Under the pieces are notes generated by a model, which did no database searches, had not been told where the DNA came from, and was given only the letters and a program-made list of their open reading frames with translations. A DNA stretch of 64,000 nt from Dehalococcoidia bacterium (GTDB lineage Bacteria; Chloroflexota; Dehalococcoidia; UBA6926), in assembly GCA_965204885.1 (NCBI GenBank), contig OZ242019.1:924696-988695 (forward strand). The letters run 5' to 3'. The translations under genes were made by a program, and so were the position numbers. The first letter of the stretch is position 1. Every line of letters starts with the position of its first letter. Positions 37,109 to 45,292 of the stretch are shown piece after piece.

Positions 37109-38050
37109 CTAGCGAGGGGGAGGCTGGTCTTCTTCCTGCTCGTCCTCGTAGTCCTCGTCGTCGTAATCCTCATCGTCGTACTCGTCTTCATCATCGTAGT
37201 CGTCATCGTCATATTCTTCGTCGTCGTACTCATCGAGGTCTTCATCCTCGTCCTCGAAATAGTCATCGTCCTCGTACTCATCCTCATTGACGGCGGGTGA
37301 TGACGGCGGAGGCTCCTGAACGGCCGAAGCAGCGCCGCGCTGGTCACCGCCGCCGCGAGGAGCCTGCTGGATGGTGACGCGTCGATTCTCGCCGTGGCCC
37401 GTGCTGCCTGTGATGACGGCCGGATTGTTGGCAAGGGTCATGTGGATGATGCGACGGTCGGCGGGCGACATGGGGTCCAGGGTGATGGGACGCCTGCGCC
37501 TGCGAACGTGATCCGCGGCGCGGAGGGCGATCTGCTGGAGACGGTAGATATGGCGCTGCTGATAGCCCTCTACGTCAATGCGGAGGGGGACGTAATGCCC
37601 CACAGAACGCGAGACGATGGTGTTGAGGAGCATCTGGACGTGGCGGAGCGTCTGACCGCGCCGACCAATCAGCAGACCGGCGTCTTCCCTTTCAACGTCG
37701 AGGACGATAGGGTCTCCGGGTTCAAAGGGACGAGTGGGATCGCTTCCGGGAACATATACGGATATATCAGAGTCAACATCCATGTGTCGGAGTAGTTCGG
37801 CGAGAATCTCTCTTGCGCTCTCTGCATCCGCGGAGAGGGACGCGAATGATGCGTACTGATCGTCATCATCCTCTTGCCGCACCCGCAGGCGGACTCGCGC
37901 ATCTTCCGAGCGGAGTCCCAGCAGGCCGGATCGTCCCTCGCTAATTACGTCGACGTCGACGTCTTCGCGATCCAGACCGAGTTCGTCTAGTCCTCGCTGA
38001 ATTGCTTCCTCGACGGTCCTCCCCGTCCATTCCAGACTCTGATTCATCAT
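37109..38050 (-). CDS. khpB: RNA-binding protein KhpB/Jag/EloR (Jag_N + KH + R3H) with a long poly-acidic C-terminal tail
   Basis: N-terminal Jag_N domain MMNQSLEWTGRTVEEAIQRGLDELG and an R3H domain (ADRRIIHMTLANNPAVITGSTG). An ~80-aa D/E/Y-rich tail follows. Start set at ATG 38050. Confidence 0.8.
   Translation of the reverse strand: MMNQSLEWTGRTVEEAIQRGLDELGLDREDVDVDVISEGRSGLLGLRSEDARVRLRVRQEDDDDQYASFASLSADAESAREILAELLRHMDVDSDISVYVPGSDPTRPFEPGDPIVLDVEREDAGLLIGRRGQTLRHVQMLLNTIVSRSVGHYVPLRIDVEGYQQRHIYRLQQIALRAADHVRRRRRPITLDPMSPADRRIIHMTLANNPAVITGSTGHGENRRVTIQQAPRGGGDQRGAASAVQEPPPSSPAVNEDEYEDDDYFEDEDEDLDEYDDEEYDDDDYDDEDEYDDEDYDDEDYEDEQEEDQPPPR
37120..37290 (-). repeat. GAY/GAR codon reiteration encoding the poly-acidic (D/E/Y) tail of KhpB
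   Basis: A run of GTC/CTC/GTA triplets on the + strand, equivalent to D/E/Y codons on the coding strand. Confidence 0.7.
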
Positions 38051-38852
38051 TTGACCTCGTCTCCACCTGAGGGGTTGGAGGGGCAGTGGCACTCGCAGCG
38101 ACTCGTGGTCGACCGGGAATCAGATTCCCCCACCCGGAGATGAATCCCTGCATACCAATCGTTATGAAGTTAGAGACGAACCAGTATAGGGCTAAGCCCG
38201 ATGGGAAAGTAAAGGCAAGGAATCCCAGCATGATGGGGAAAAGGAACAACATGATCTGTTGTTGCTGCCTCTGTTGGTCGGACATGGCGGGCGGCTGCAT
38301 GATTCGCTGCTGGGCCCACGTGGATGCCGCGACAAGCAGAGGCATGAGGGGCGTGGGATCCGGAGCGGAGAGGTCCAGCGTGCCGATGATCCATGGCATC
38401 TCCGTGTTTAGTGGCAGTACTTCGCCGCCGACGGGCAGCCATGAGTAGAGCCGCTGCGAGAGATAGACAAAGCTGCCGGGCAGATTGCCCAGCCCCTTGA
38501 TGATTGCCCAGTACAACCCGATCCAGATTGGGAACTGCACAACCATTGGCCCCAGGCAGCCGAGTGGACTGACACCCGCCTCCCGGTACATCTTCATGGT
38601 CTCGCGCTGCTGGAGCTGCGGGTTGTTCTTGTAGCGGTTGCGGATCTCCTGCATCTGCGGTTGAAGCGCCTGCATCTTGGCGGAGGACTGCAACTGCTTG
38701 ATGGTCAACGGATAGAAAGCCACACGGACGACGACGGTGAGGGCGATGATGGCAAGCGCCATGCTGTTAAAGAGCAGGCCGTAGAGCAGCACCAGCCCGT
38801 TCAGCATCGGCTGCAGAAGCAGGAAGATGAAAATATCACCGACGACTTCCAT
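37941..38852 (-). CDS. yidC: Membrane protein insertase YidC/Oxa1 (short form)
   Basis: Conserved YidC core (PLTIKQLQSSAKMQALQP...PSGLALYWFVSN) and a basic C-terminal tail RRRRRRRN. The 3' ~110 bp overlaps the khpB start. Confidence 0.85.
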   Translation of the reverse strand: MEVVGDIFIFLLLQPMLNGLVLLYGLLFNSMALAIIALTVVVRVAFYPLTIKQLQSSAKMQALQPQMQEIRNRYKNNPQLQQRETMKMYREAGVSPLGCLGPMVVQFPIWIGLYWAIIKGLGNLPGSFVYLSQRLYSWLPVGGEVLPLNTEMPWIIGTLDLSAPDPTPLMPLLVAASTWAQQRIMQPPAMSDQQRQQQQIMLFLFPIMLGFLAFTFPSGLALYWFVSNFITIGMQGFISGWGNLIPGRPRVAASATAPPTPQVETRSNDESESGMDGEDRRGSNSARTRRTRSGSRRRRRRRN

Positions 38853-38861
38853 GTCTGTTGC

Positions 38862-39971
38862 CTAGCTCTCCACGGGGAATACCCGCACGGGTTGTCTCAA
38901 TGAGGGCGACGCACGATAGATGATGCCGTCCTGGGTAAAGAACAGCGCATCGCTTTCTCCGAACGACACGATTGGCGCGTAGACGGGATCGGGCAGCTTC
39001 CCGCCCACGATGCCCTGGCCGGTCTGGGGATCGATCCACCACGTCTCTTTCTCTTCGTTGGCGATGCTGATGTGGCTGCCCGTCAGGATCGGATTGCTCT
39101 GTATTGCCCCGCCGGTCATCACGGGATCCATCACCTGGACGCCTGTGTCCTTATCGAGGATGTACAGGGAGTGATCAAGCGATGGCGCGAAGAGGCGGTC
39201 ACCGATGATGAGTGGAGCGGCCCAGAACCAATTGTCTGCGGTGAACGGCGCTGGCCAATAGGGCGCTCCCGTGGCGGCGTCCAACGCATAGAGGTTGTTG
39301 TCGAGCGCGCCGGCGTAGAGGACCCCGGCATGCAGGGTCATGCCGCCGATGCCGGCCTCGGCCTGGTGCCGCCACGCTTCGCTGCCGGGGCTCTCGTCCA
39401 TGCGCACTGCGTGCAGCGTGCCGCCCAGCGTGCCGATGTACACCAGCCCATCGCCGATAATGGGCGTGCCCCAAATCTCGGAGTCGGCCTCAAACGTCCA
39501 AAGCGTCGATGCGTTTTGGATATCGATTGCGTACAGCGTGCCGCGCCGCGTGTCCGTCGTGCCTTCCGTGCCAACCAGGAGTACGCCATCGGGCGTCAGT
39601 GCCGGGCCGCCGACGATCGGGGAGTCGGCTTCAAAGAACGGGACGCACTCCGCCTCGGATTCAGGCAATAGTGAAGCGGGGTCTACGGCGTACAAAACGC
39701 CATCAAAGCCACCCGCATAGATGCGTCCGTCATGCAGCAGGGGCGCGCCAAAGATCGCGCGGACACTATTCCGGCCCTCCCCGGTCTCGCACCGTCCCAA
39801 CTCTCGTCCGGTGATGATGTTGCCGACAACGATGTGTCCCGTGTCAGTGCCGATGACGATAGTCTCGTCGCCAAGAAGAACGGGCGCGGCCCATGGCTTG
39901 GGATCGTACAGGCTGCCCGCCGTGCAGCCGCCCGCCGCGAGCAGCGCAAGTACGGCGACGAGCAGAAGCAC
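38862..39971 (-). CDS. PQQ-like beta-propeller repeat lipoprotein
   Basis: Lipobox LAAGGC and repeated G..YA.D...G..LW motifs of PQQ/BamB-like propeller blades. Confidence 0.7.
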   Translation of the reverse strand: MLLLVAVLALLAAGGCTAGSLYDPKPWAAPVLLGDETIVIGTDTGHIVVGNIITGRELGRCETGEGRNSVRAIFGAPLLHDGRIYAGGFDGVLYAVDPASLLPESEAECVPFFEADSPIVGGPALTPDGVLLVGTEGTTDTRRGTLYAIDIQNASTLWTFEADSEIWGTPIIGDGLVYIGTLGGTLHAVRMDESPGSEAWRHQAEAGIGGMTLHAGVLYAGALDNNLYALDAATGAPYWPAPFTADNWFWAAPLIIGDRLFAPSLDHSLYILDKDTGVQVMDPVMTGGAIQSNPILTGSHISIANEEKETWWIDPQTGQGIVGGKLPDPVYAPIVSFGESDALFFTQDGIIYRASPSLRQPVRVFPVES

Positions 39972-40038
39972 CGGCGCTGTGATGCGTCGTCGTGTCGAAT
40001 CACGGTGGCGCGGTGCGGTTTCGTTGGAGGGTGAGAGC

Positions 40039-40248
40039 TTACGGAACAGGGTCGTAGCCCCCTTCCCGGAACGGATGGCAACGCGACAAGCGCCGTACCG
40101 CCATCACGGTTCCACGCAGCGCGCCGTATCTCTCAACCGCCTCACGAGCGTATTCGGAGCACGTGGGCTGATAGCGGCAGGCTGCGGGCAGCAGCGGCGA
40201 GAGGACGAACTTGTAGAGCCGCAGGAGGCCGAGCGCGATGTACTTCAT
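40039..40248 (-). CDS. yidD: Membrane protein insertion efficiency factor YidD
   Basis: 69 aa with the signature [11 protein letters not shown]...GHPGGYDP-like pattern (here [10 protein letters not shown]). Confidence 0.9.
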   Translation of the reverse strand: MKYIALGLLRLYKFVLSPLLPAACRYQPTCSEYAREAVERYGALRGTVMAVRRLSRCHPFREGGYDPVP

Positions 40249-40577
40249 GTGCGTTGCAACCCGGCGCGTTTGAGAACATCAGCGACCGCATCTTCGATAT
40301 GGCGGTAGTCCGCCTGGGTGATCTGCGGTCTGGCGATGAACACGAGGTCGACTCCTGATTCACGTGGCCCCAGCTTGCGGACCGCGGCGCGCAGGCGCCT
40401 TTTGACGGCGTTGCGCGTGACTGCGCCACCCACACGCTTGCTGACGGCATAGCCGGCGCGCATGGCGTTCACGTCGTTCGGCGCGTAGCGGAGGACAACA
40501 AGTTCATTCGCGCGGCCCTTGCCGATATGGGAGACGCGGTCGAAATCGGAACTCCGCCGCAGCCGGTGGTCCGTCAT
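40245..40577 (-). CDS. rnpA: Ribonuclease P protein component
   Basis: RnpA RNR-like motif [17 protein letters not shown]. Start chosen at the MTDHRLRR Met; the longer ORF upstream would overlap rpmH. Confidence 0.85.
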   Translation of the reverse strand: MTDHRLRRSSDFDRVSHIGKGRANELVVLRYAPNDVNAMRAGYAVSKRVGGAVTRNAVKRRLRAAVRKLGPRESGVDLVFIARPQITQADYRHIEDAVADVLKRAGLQRT

Positions 40578-40596
40578 CGGGGGCATGACAGGGATG

Positions 40597-40734
40597 TTAG
40601 ACGCTGAGACGGTGACGCCCCCTGGCGCGTCGACGCGCAACAACGTTTCTACCGCCGGGCTCTCTCATGCGATGGCGAAAGCCGTGAACGCGCTTACGGC
40701 GGCGCACTTTGGGTTGATAGGTTCGCTTGGGCAT
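40597..40734 (-). CDS. rpmH: 50S ribosomal protein L34
   Basis: Hand-translated minus-strand [48 protein letters not shown] (45 aa), matching the L34 consensus MKRTFQPSxxKRxRxHGFRxRM...GRxVLxxRRxKGRxxL. It is below the 60-aa ORF-track cutoff. Confidence 0.9.
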   Translation of the reverse strand: MPKRTYQPKVRRRKRVHGFRHRMREPGGRNVVARRRARGRHRLSV

Positions 40735-40833
40735 AACAGATAGCAGTATAGGGGCGGCGGCAATAGAGGGGCAAGGATGGGGAGCCTGGAGTCAATACGG
40801 ATCATCCCGCAATTCGACGTTGCTGCCAGACCA

Positions 40834-40863
40834 CGACATAAGGACTTGCAAACCTTGTATAAT
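40834..40863 (+). promoter_or_regulatory. Candidate promoter with TG-TATAAT upstream of the surface-protein gene
   Basis: TATAAT at 40858-40863 is preceded by TG. A weak -35 (GACATA) lies 18 nt upstream. The ATG is at 40940. Confidence 0.35.
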
Positions 40864-40939
40864 GTTTTAGACTCAGTTCGAAAAATATACTTGATCGCGA
40901 GCGACTGGGCTGCGGCAACACCCACAAGGACCTATAGAC

Positions 40940-42010
40940 ATGAACAGCCGCACTTTCCGCTTCACCTTTTTGGTGGCGGTTGGGCTGGGCGCATTGGCCC
41001 TGCTCATGGTGAACAGCCCGGCCTCCGCTCACGAGATGCCGGAGTGTCCGGAGGAGGTATGGTGGGACGGCCGCGTCGTCTGGCCCGGCCCGGGCCAGCA
41101 CAACCACTTCATCGTGGACCCGGAAACGGGAACCACGCCGTTGTGCATACCGGCGCCGACCGCAGCTCCCCAGCCGGATCGTCCGCGGGTAGCATCAGCA
41201 ACATCTACGCCAACGCCGGCGCCTGAACTCTCCGACAATGCCGATCTCCGAGGATTGGCTCTTGAAACCACGGACGGAACCCCAATCGACCTGTCTCCAG
41301 GATTCTCGCCCAGTGAGAATCGCTACACCGCCAGCGTTCCGCATGACGTGGACAGCGCAACGGTGATGGCCAAAGCGGACGATTCGGACGCAGACATCGA
41401 AGTGGAAGGCGATAAGGTACGGAGCGGCCGCTCCAGCGCTCCCATTCAACTCCGGGTGGATGAAAACCGGATTCGCATACGAGTTACCGCAGAGGATGAC
41501 ACGCGGCGTACCTACAGGGTGACGGTTATGCGTTCTCCGGCGCCCGCGCAGACGCAAACGCTTCAGGCAACGACGACGCCCGAGCCAACCGTCGCGCCAT
41601 CGCTGACGCCTGAGCCAACAACCACACCGACGCCAACCCCAACAGTCACACCGACGCCGGAGCCAACGGCGACCCCAATGCCCGAGCCAACGCCGGCGCC
41701 GACGAGGACATCGACGCCCGAGCCAGCGGCGACCCCGACGCCAACACTAACACCCGAGCGAACGGCGACGCCCACTCCGGCACCAACAGCGACATCGACA
41801 CCGGCGCCACCTCCCGAGCCGACGGCTACGCCGGCACTCTCAGCATCCGACGAGTCAGGCGGGCTGCCTGCCTGGGTCTTTGCGCTCGGCATCCTCCTCG
41901 CCATCGCGGCTCTCATCGCGCTGATCGTCCGTCGCCGCCGCGCGATTCAGGAGTTCATCATCTCTCTTGTGGCACTCATCACGCTGATCGTCGCTCGCTA
42001 CCGGCAATAA
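40940..42010 (+). CDS. Cell-surface protein: signal peptide, cadherin-like beta-sandwich domain, Pro/Thr-rich stalk and C-terminal TM anchor
   Basis: N-terminal signal peptide (ALALLMVNSPASA). The domain from LRGLALETTDGTPIDLSPGFSPSENRYTASV to TYRVTVMR is typical of cadherin-like beta-sandwich modules. A ~90-aa TPEPT-repeat linker follows, then a hydrophobic C-terminal helix followed by RRRR. Confidence 0.7.
   Translation: MNSRTFRFTFLVAVGLGALALLMVNSPASAHEMPECPEEVWWDGRVVWPGPGQHNHFIVDPETGTTPLCIPAPTAAPQPDRPRVASATSTPTPAPELSDNADLRGLALETTDGTPIDLSPGFSPSENRYTASVPHDVDSATVMAKADDSDADIEVEGDKVRSGRSSAPIQLRVDENRIRIRVTAEDDTRRTYRVTVMRSPAPAQTQTLQATTTPEPTVAPSLTPEPTTTPTPTPTVTPTPEPTATPMPEPTPAPTRTSTPEPAATPTPTLTPERTATPTPAPTATSTPAPPPEPTATPALSASDESGGLPAWVFALGILLAIAALIALIVRRRRAIQEFIISLVALITLIVARYRQ
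41560..41850 (+). repeat. Tandem low-complexity repeat encoding the (T/P)PEPTATP stalk of the surface protein
   Basis: Reiterated ACGCCCGAGCCAACGGCGACCCCGACGCC-like 24-27-nt units within the coding sequence. Confidence 0.7.
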
Positions 42011-42155
42011 AAGCCTGCAGAAGCATTGGGCCCCGCTGTAAGAAGCCGCGTCTGTGCCGCTCCTTTGCGCAACCTTCACAAGCGGTGGATTTTTCGTAGT
42101 ATGGATGGAGGTACTGACCTGTCCCTTATTCTGTCCCGGGGCGTTTGGAGGTGGG

Positions 42156-43202
42156 GTGTCGGAGAGCCGGAAGGCCGTTATTGATGTTCGTGGTCTCGTA
42201 AAGGTCTATCCGGGTGGGACACGCGCCGTCGACGGCATTGATTTTACTGTTCATGAGGGCGAGTTCTTCGGGTTTCTCGGCCCGAACGGCGCGGGCAAGA
42301 GCACCGCGCTCAAGGTCCTTTCAACACTGCTCAAGAAGACGTCCGGCACGGTGTCGGTCGCGGGCTTCGACGTTGATCATCACGCCGAGCAGATCCGGCG
42401 CAGCGTTGGCGTCGCGATGCAGACAGCCGGTCTGGATGACCTGGCGAAAGCGCATGATTTCCTGACCCTGCAAGGCCGCCTCTACGGGCTGCGGAGCTCA
42501 GATGCGCGGGCGCGTTCCGCGGAACTGCTGGAGTTCATCGGGCTGGCGAACGTCGCCCAGAAAAAAATCGGCACGTTCTCCGGTGGGATGCGGCGGAGGC
42601 TGGATCTGGTCGCAACCCTTGTGCATGAGCCGAAGGTGCTCTTCCTCGATGAGCCGACGACGGGTCTCGATCCACAGAGCCGCAACACGCTTTGGGACCA
42701 CCTCCGCCACCTCAACATGGAGGAAGGCGTCACGATCATCCTGACCACGCAGATGATGGATGAGGCGGACCGGCTGTGTGAGCGGCTGGCAATCATCGAC
42801 CACGGCAAGATCGTCGCCGAAGGTTCGCCGCGCGACCTCAAGGAGCAGGTGGGCGGCGACGTTGTCACGATCATCATCACGGGCCCGGAGACGGCGGAGG
42901 AGCGGGAGCCTTTGATAGCCAGGGCGCAGGAGCTGGCCGATCAGCAAGACTATGTGTCTGCGACAGCTCGAGTGCAGGACGGAATCGCCGTGACTGTACA
43001 GAACGGCGGCGCGGCAGTGCCGGTATTGATGCAGCTGCTCGCCAACAATGATGTGCCCGTAGCCAACCTGTCCGTCGCGAGCCCGACGCTCGACGACGTG
43101 TTCCTGCAGCACACAGGCCGCACTATCCGTGACGAGGAAACGGGCGGTGATGAGATGAACAATGCCTTCCGGCCCTGGTTGGGGCTGAGCGACGGGCGCT
43201 AG
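42156..43202 (+). CDS. ABC transporter ATP-binding protein (ABC-2/DrrA-like)
   Basis: Walker A GPNGAGKST, signature LSGGMRRRL and Walker B LFLDEPTTGLD. Start proposed at GTG 42156, right after GGAGGTGG; the upstream in-frame extension is Cys-rich and unlikely to be coding. Confidence 0.8.
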   Translation: MSESRKAVIDVRGLVKVYPGGTRAVDGIDFTVHEGEFFGFLGPNGAGKSTALKVLSTLLKKTSGTVSVAGFDVDHHAEQIRRSVGVAMQTAGLDDLAKAHDFLTLQGRLYGLRSSDARARSAELLEFIGLANVAQKKIGTFSGGMRRRLDLVATLVHEPKVLFLDEPTTGLDPQSRNTLWDHLRHLNMEEGVTIILTTQMMDEADRLCERLAIIDHGKIVAEGSPRDLKEQVGGDVVTIIITGPETAEEREPLIARAQELADQQDYVSATARVQDGIAVTVQNGGAAVPVLMQLLANNDVPVANLSVASPTLDDVFLQHTGRTIRDEETGGDEMNNAFRPWLGLSDGR

Positions 43203-43208
43203 GCGACC

Positions 43209-43976
43209 ATGATCAGCCTCGTTCTGCAGACCTGGTATATCTACCTGCGCAACTTCCGCGCGTGGGTCACGCAGCCGGGCCAGATACTGCCAGCCGTCTT
43301 CATCAACATCCTCTTCATGGTCGTATTCGTCGCGGCATTCGACAACGTCTCCATGCTGCCGGGGTTCCCAACGGACAGTTATGTCACCTATCTGATGCCC
43401 ATGATTATCGTGCAGGCGATGATCTTCAGCGGAATCGACGCCGGTTTCAACCTTCTGACGGACGATTTATCCGGCTATCTGAACAAGCTCCTGCTCGCGC
43501 CCATCTACAGGATTTCCATCCTGCTCGGCGTGCTGCTTGTTTCAGCCACGCGGGGTTTCATCCAGGGCGTGACGATTGTCATCGTGGGCGTCATCATGGG
43601 CGCGTCGTCAGAATCGGGATGGCTCGGCCTCCTTGCCATTCTGATTCTCGGAACGATGTTCGGCGTGGCGTGGTCGTGTTTAGGGCTGATTATCGCGATC
43701 AAGACGCGGAGCGTCCAGGTGACGCAATCCATGTTCATCTTCTTCATCCCGGCGGTCTTCGTGACGACCGCGTTCATGCCGAAGGAGCTCATGGCGGACT
43801 GGTTCCAGGTGGCCGTCTCGCTCAACCCCGTGAACTACGTGCTGGAGGCGATTCGCGCGGTCGTGGTGACGGGCTGGGAGTGGGAGCATATCCTGCCGGG
43901 CGTCTCCATACTCATCGTGATGACGATTGTCATGCTGACTGTGACGACGATTATGTATCGGCGGACGACGGCGTAG
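43209..43976 (+). CDS. ABC-2 family transporter permease
   Basis: Six-TM ABC-2 permease profile. Starts 7 bp after the ATPase gene stop. Confidence 0.8.
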   Translation: MISLVLQTWYIYLRNFRAWVTQPGQILPAVFINILFMVVFVAAFDNVSMLPGFPTDSYVTYLMPMIIVQAMIFSGIDAGFNLLTDDLSGYLNKLLLAPIYRISILLGVLLVSATRGFIQGVTIVIVGVIMGASSESGWLGLLAILILGTMFGVAWSCLGLIIAIKTRSVQVTQSMFIFFIPAVFVTTAFMPKELMADWFQVAVSLNPVNYVLEAIRAVVVTGWEWEHILPGVSILIVMTIVMLTVTTIMYRRTTA

Positions 43977-43980
43977 GGGC
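43946..43980 (+). repeat. Left copy of the ~33-bp direct repeat (the ABC permease 3' end, ACGATTATGTATCGGCGGACGACGGCGTAGGGG)
   Basis: About 85% identical to 44244-44278, which would encode ...TTIMYRRTTA* again. Together the two copies bracket the small coiled-coil/TM gene. Confidence 0.65.
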
Positions 43981-44021
43981 GGCTGTGGCAATGTTATGGC
44001 AGAATAGGATTTGTAAGGAAC

Positions 44022-44237
44022 GTGCTGAAGGGGTTGGCGATGGCAACAGTTGAGGATCGGTTGGGGCGCTTGGAGGGGCAGTTCGCGCACCTGGCAACCA
44101 AAACGGACTTGGCCAATCTCGAAACGAAGCTCACCCATGAAATGGCCAAGCACCTGCGCTGGATGATTGGCCTGCAACTCGCGAGCCTTGCCATCCTCGT
44201 GGCTGCCGCCTCCGCATTCCTGCAACTGGCAGGCTGA
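44022..44237 (+). CDS. Small coiled-coil protein with a C-terminal TM helix (XhlA-like architecture); hypothetical
   Basis: 71 aa. Heptad-like N-terminal region (VEDRLGRLEGQFAHLATKTDLANLETKLTHEMAKHLRW) followed by a hydrophobic helix. Possible true start at ATG 44040 (MATVEDR). Flanked by ~33-bp direct repeats. Confidence 0.4.
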   Translation: MLKGLAMATVEDRLGRLEGQFAHLATKTDLANLETKLTHEMAKHLRWMIGLQLASLAILVAAASAFLQLAG

Positions 44238-44243
44238 CCGCTA

Positions 44244-44278
44244 CCACCATCATGTACCGCCGCACGACGGCGTAGGGG
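44244..44278 (+). repeat. Right copy of the direct repeat (ACCATCATGTACCGCCGCACGACGGCGTAGGGG)
   Basis: Duplicates the last 10 codons plus stop of the permease gene, 270 bp downstream of the original. Confidence 0.65.
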
Positions 44279-44280
44279 GG

Positions 44281-45288
44281 CTAGAACCGCCCGCGACGGA
44301 CGCCCTCGCGCCAGGCGAATAGCGGGCCGCCGAATACGATTACGCTGAACCACGTTATCGAGCGGTCGAGCGCCGTCAGCACGGCGGCGTCTTCAAGCGC
44401 TACCCACGGCAGCAGGAGCCCCACCATGCCCGCCTCCGCGACGCCGAGGCCGCCCGGGGTGGACGGGATCGCCGTGATCAGGTTGTGGGCGAGGGCGACA
44501 AAGGCGATCACGGGCAGCGGCACGTCAAGACCGAGCGCCCATGCGACCAGCGCGAGACGTACAGCCTCCGCCGCCCACCCGCCGATGCTGAGGATGGTGA
44601 CAGGCCAGAGCCTTGCACGGAGGCTGAGCAGAGCGCCGACGCGCAGCCGCTCCAGCCAATCCCGAATTCCCTTCGGCAGCCGCGCGGTGGCGCGTTGACC
44701 AAAGAGCGCCATGCCGACCACCAGGAAGATGCCTCCTCCGCCAACGATGACGGTGAGGCCGATGATCGCTGCGGTTACACCGCCCGCATCCACCCAGAGG
44801 AGGGCGCCGATGGGCAGAAGGATGGCGGCGAACGTCACCACGTCCAGGACGCGCTCCGCAAGGACAGTGCCGAGAATGCGGGGATAGGAGTGGTCGTCGT
44901 GCTGGCGCGAGACGAGGTAGGCGCGGTACGGATCCCCCATGCGCAGCCATGCGACGGCATTCACAAACCAGCCGAGGAGGATGATCTCCGAGAAGGCGCG
45001 TCCAGATGGCAGGGGGACCGGATCGTCGGTTTCCGTCTGCGCGTTCTCGATGAGGAGCCGCCAGCGGATTCCTCTCATCGGAAAATTGACGTAATAGGCA
45101 ACAAGGCCAGCGGCGATTAGGAGCGGGTTTGCATCGGCAATGGCTCCAGCCATATCCGCGAAACTGATGTCCACGCCGCGCGCCAACGCGATCAGCAGGA
45201 GAACGGCGACGCTGAACGAGATGAGCGTGGCCGGATGGAGGATGCGGCGACGGAGGCCGACTATTTGAGAGGGGGAAGAGGAAGACAC
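44281..45288 (-). CDS. Lysylphosphatidylglycerol-synthase-TM-region-like (flippase-like, UPF0104) membrane protein
   Basis: 335-aa polytopic membrane protein. Its N-terminal half resembles the LPG_synthase_TM family (VDISFADMAGAIADANPLLIAAGLVAYYVNFPMRGIRWRLL). Confidence 0.6.
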   Translation of the reverse strand: MSSSSPSQIVGLRRRILHPATLISFSVAVLLLIALARGVDISFADMAGAIADANPLLIAAGLVAYYVNFPMRGIRWRLLIENAQTETDDPVPLPSGRAFSEIILLGWFVNAVAWLRMGDPYRAYLVSRQHDDHSYPRILGTVLAERVLDVVTFAAILLPIGALLWVDAGGVTAAIIGLTVIVGGGGIFLVVGMALFGQRATARLPKGIRDWLERLRVGALLSLRARLWPVTILSIGGWAAEAVRLALVAWALGLDVPLPVIAFVALAHNLITAIPSTPGGLGVAEAGMVGLLLPWVALEDAAVLTALDRSITWFSVIVFGGPLFAWREGVRRGRF

Positions 45289-45292
45289 GTTC

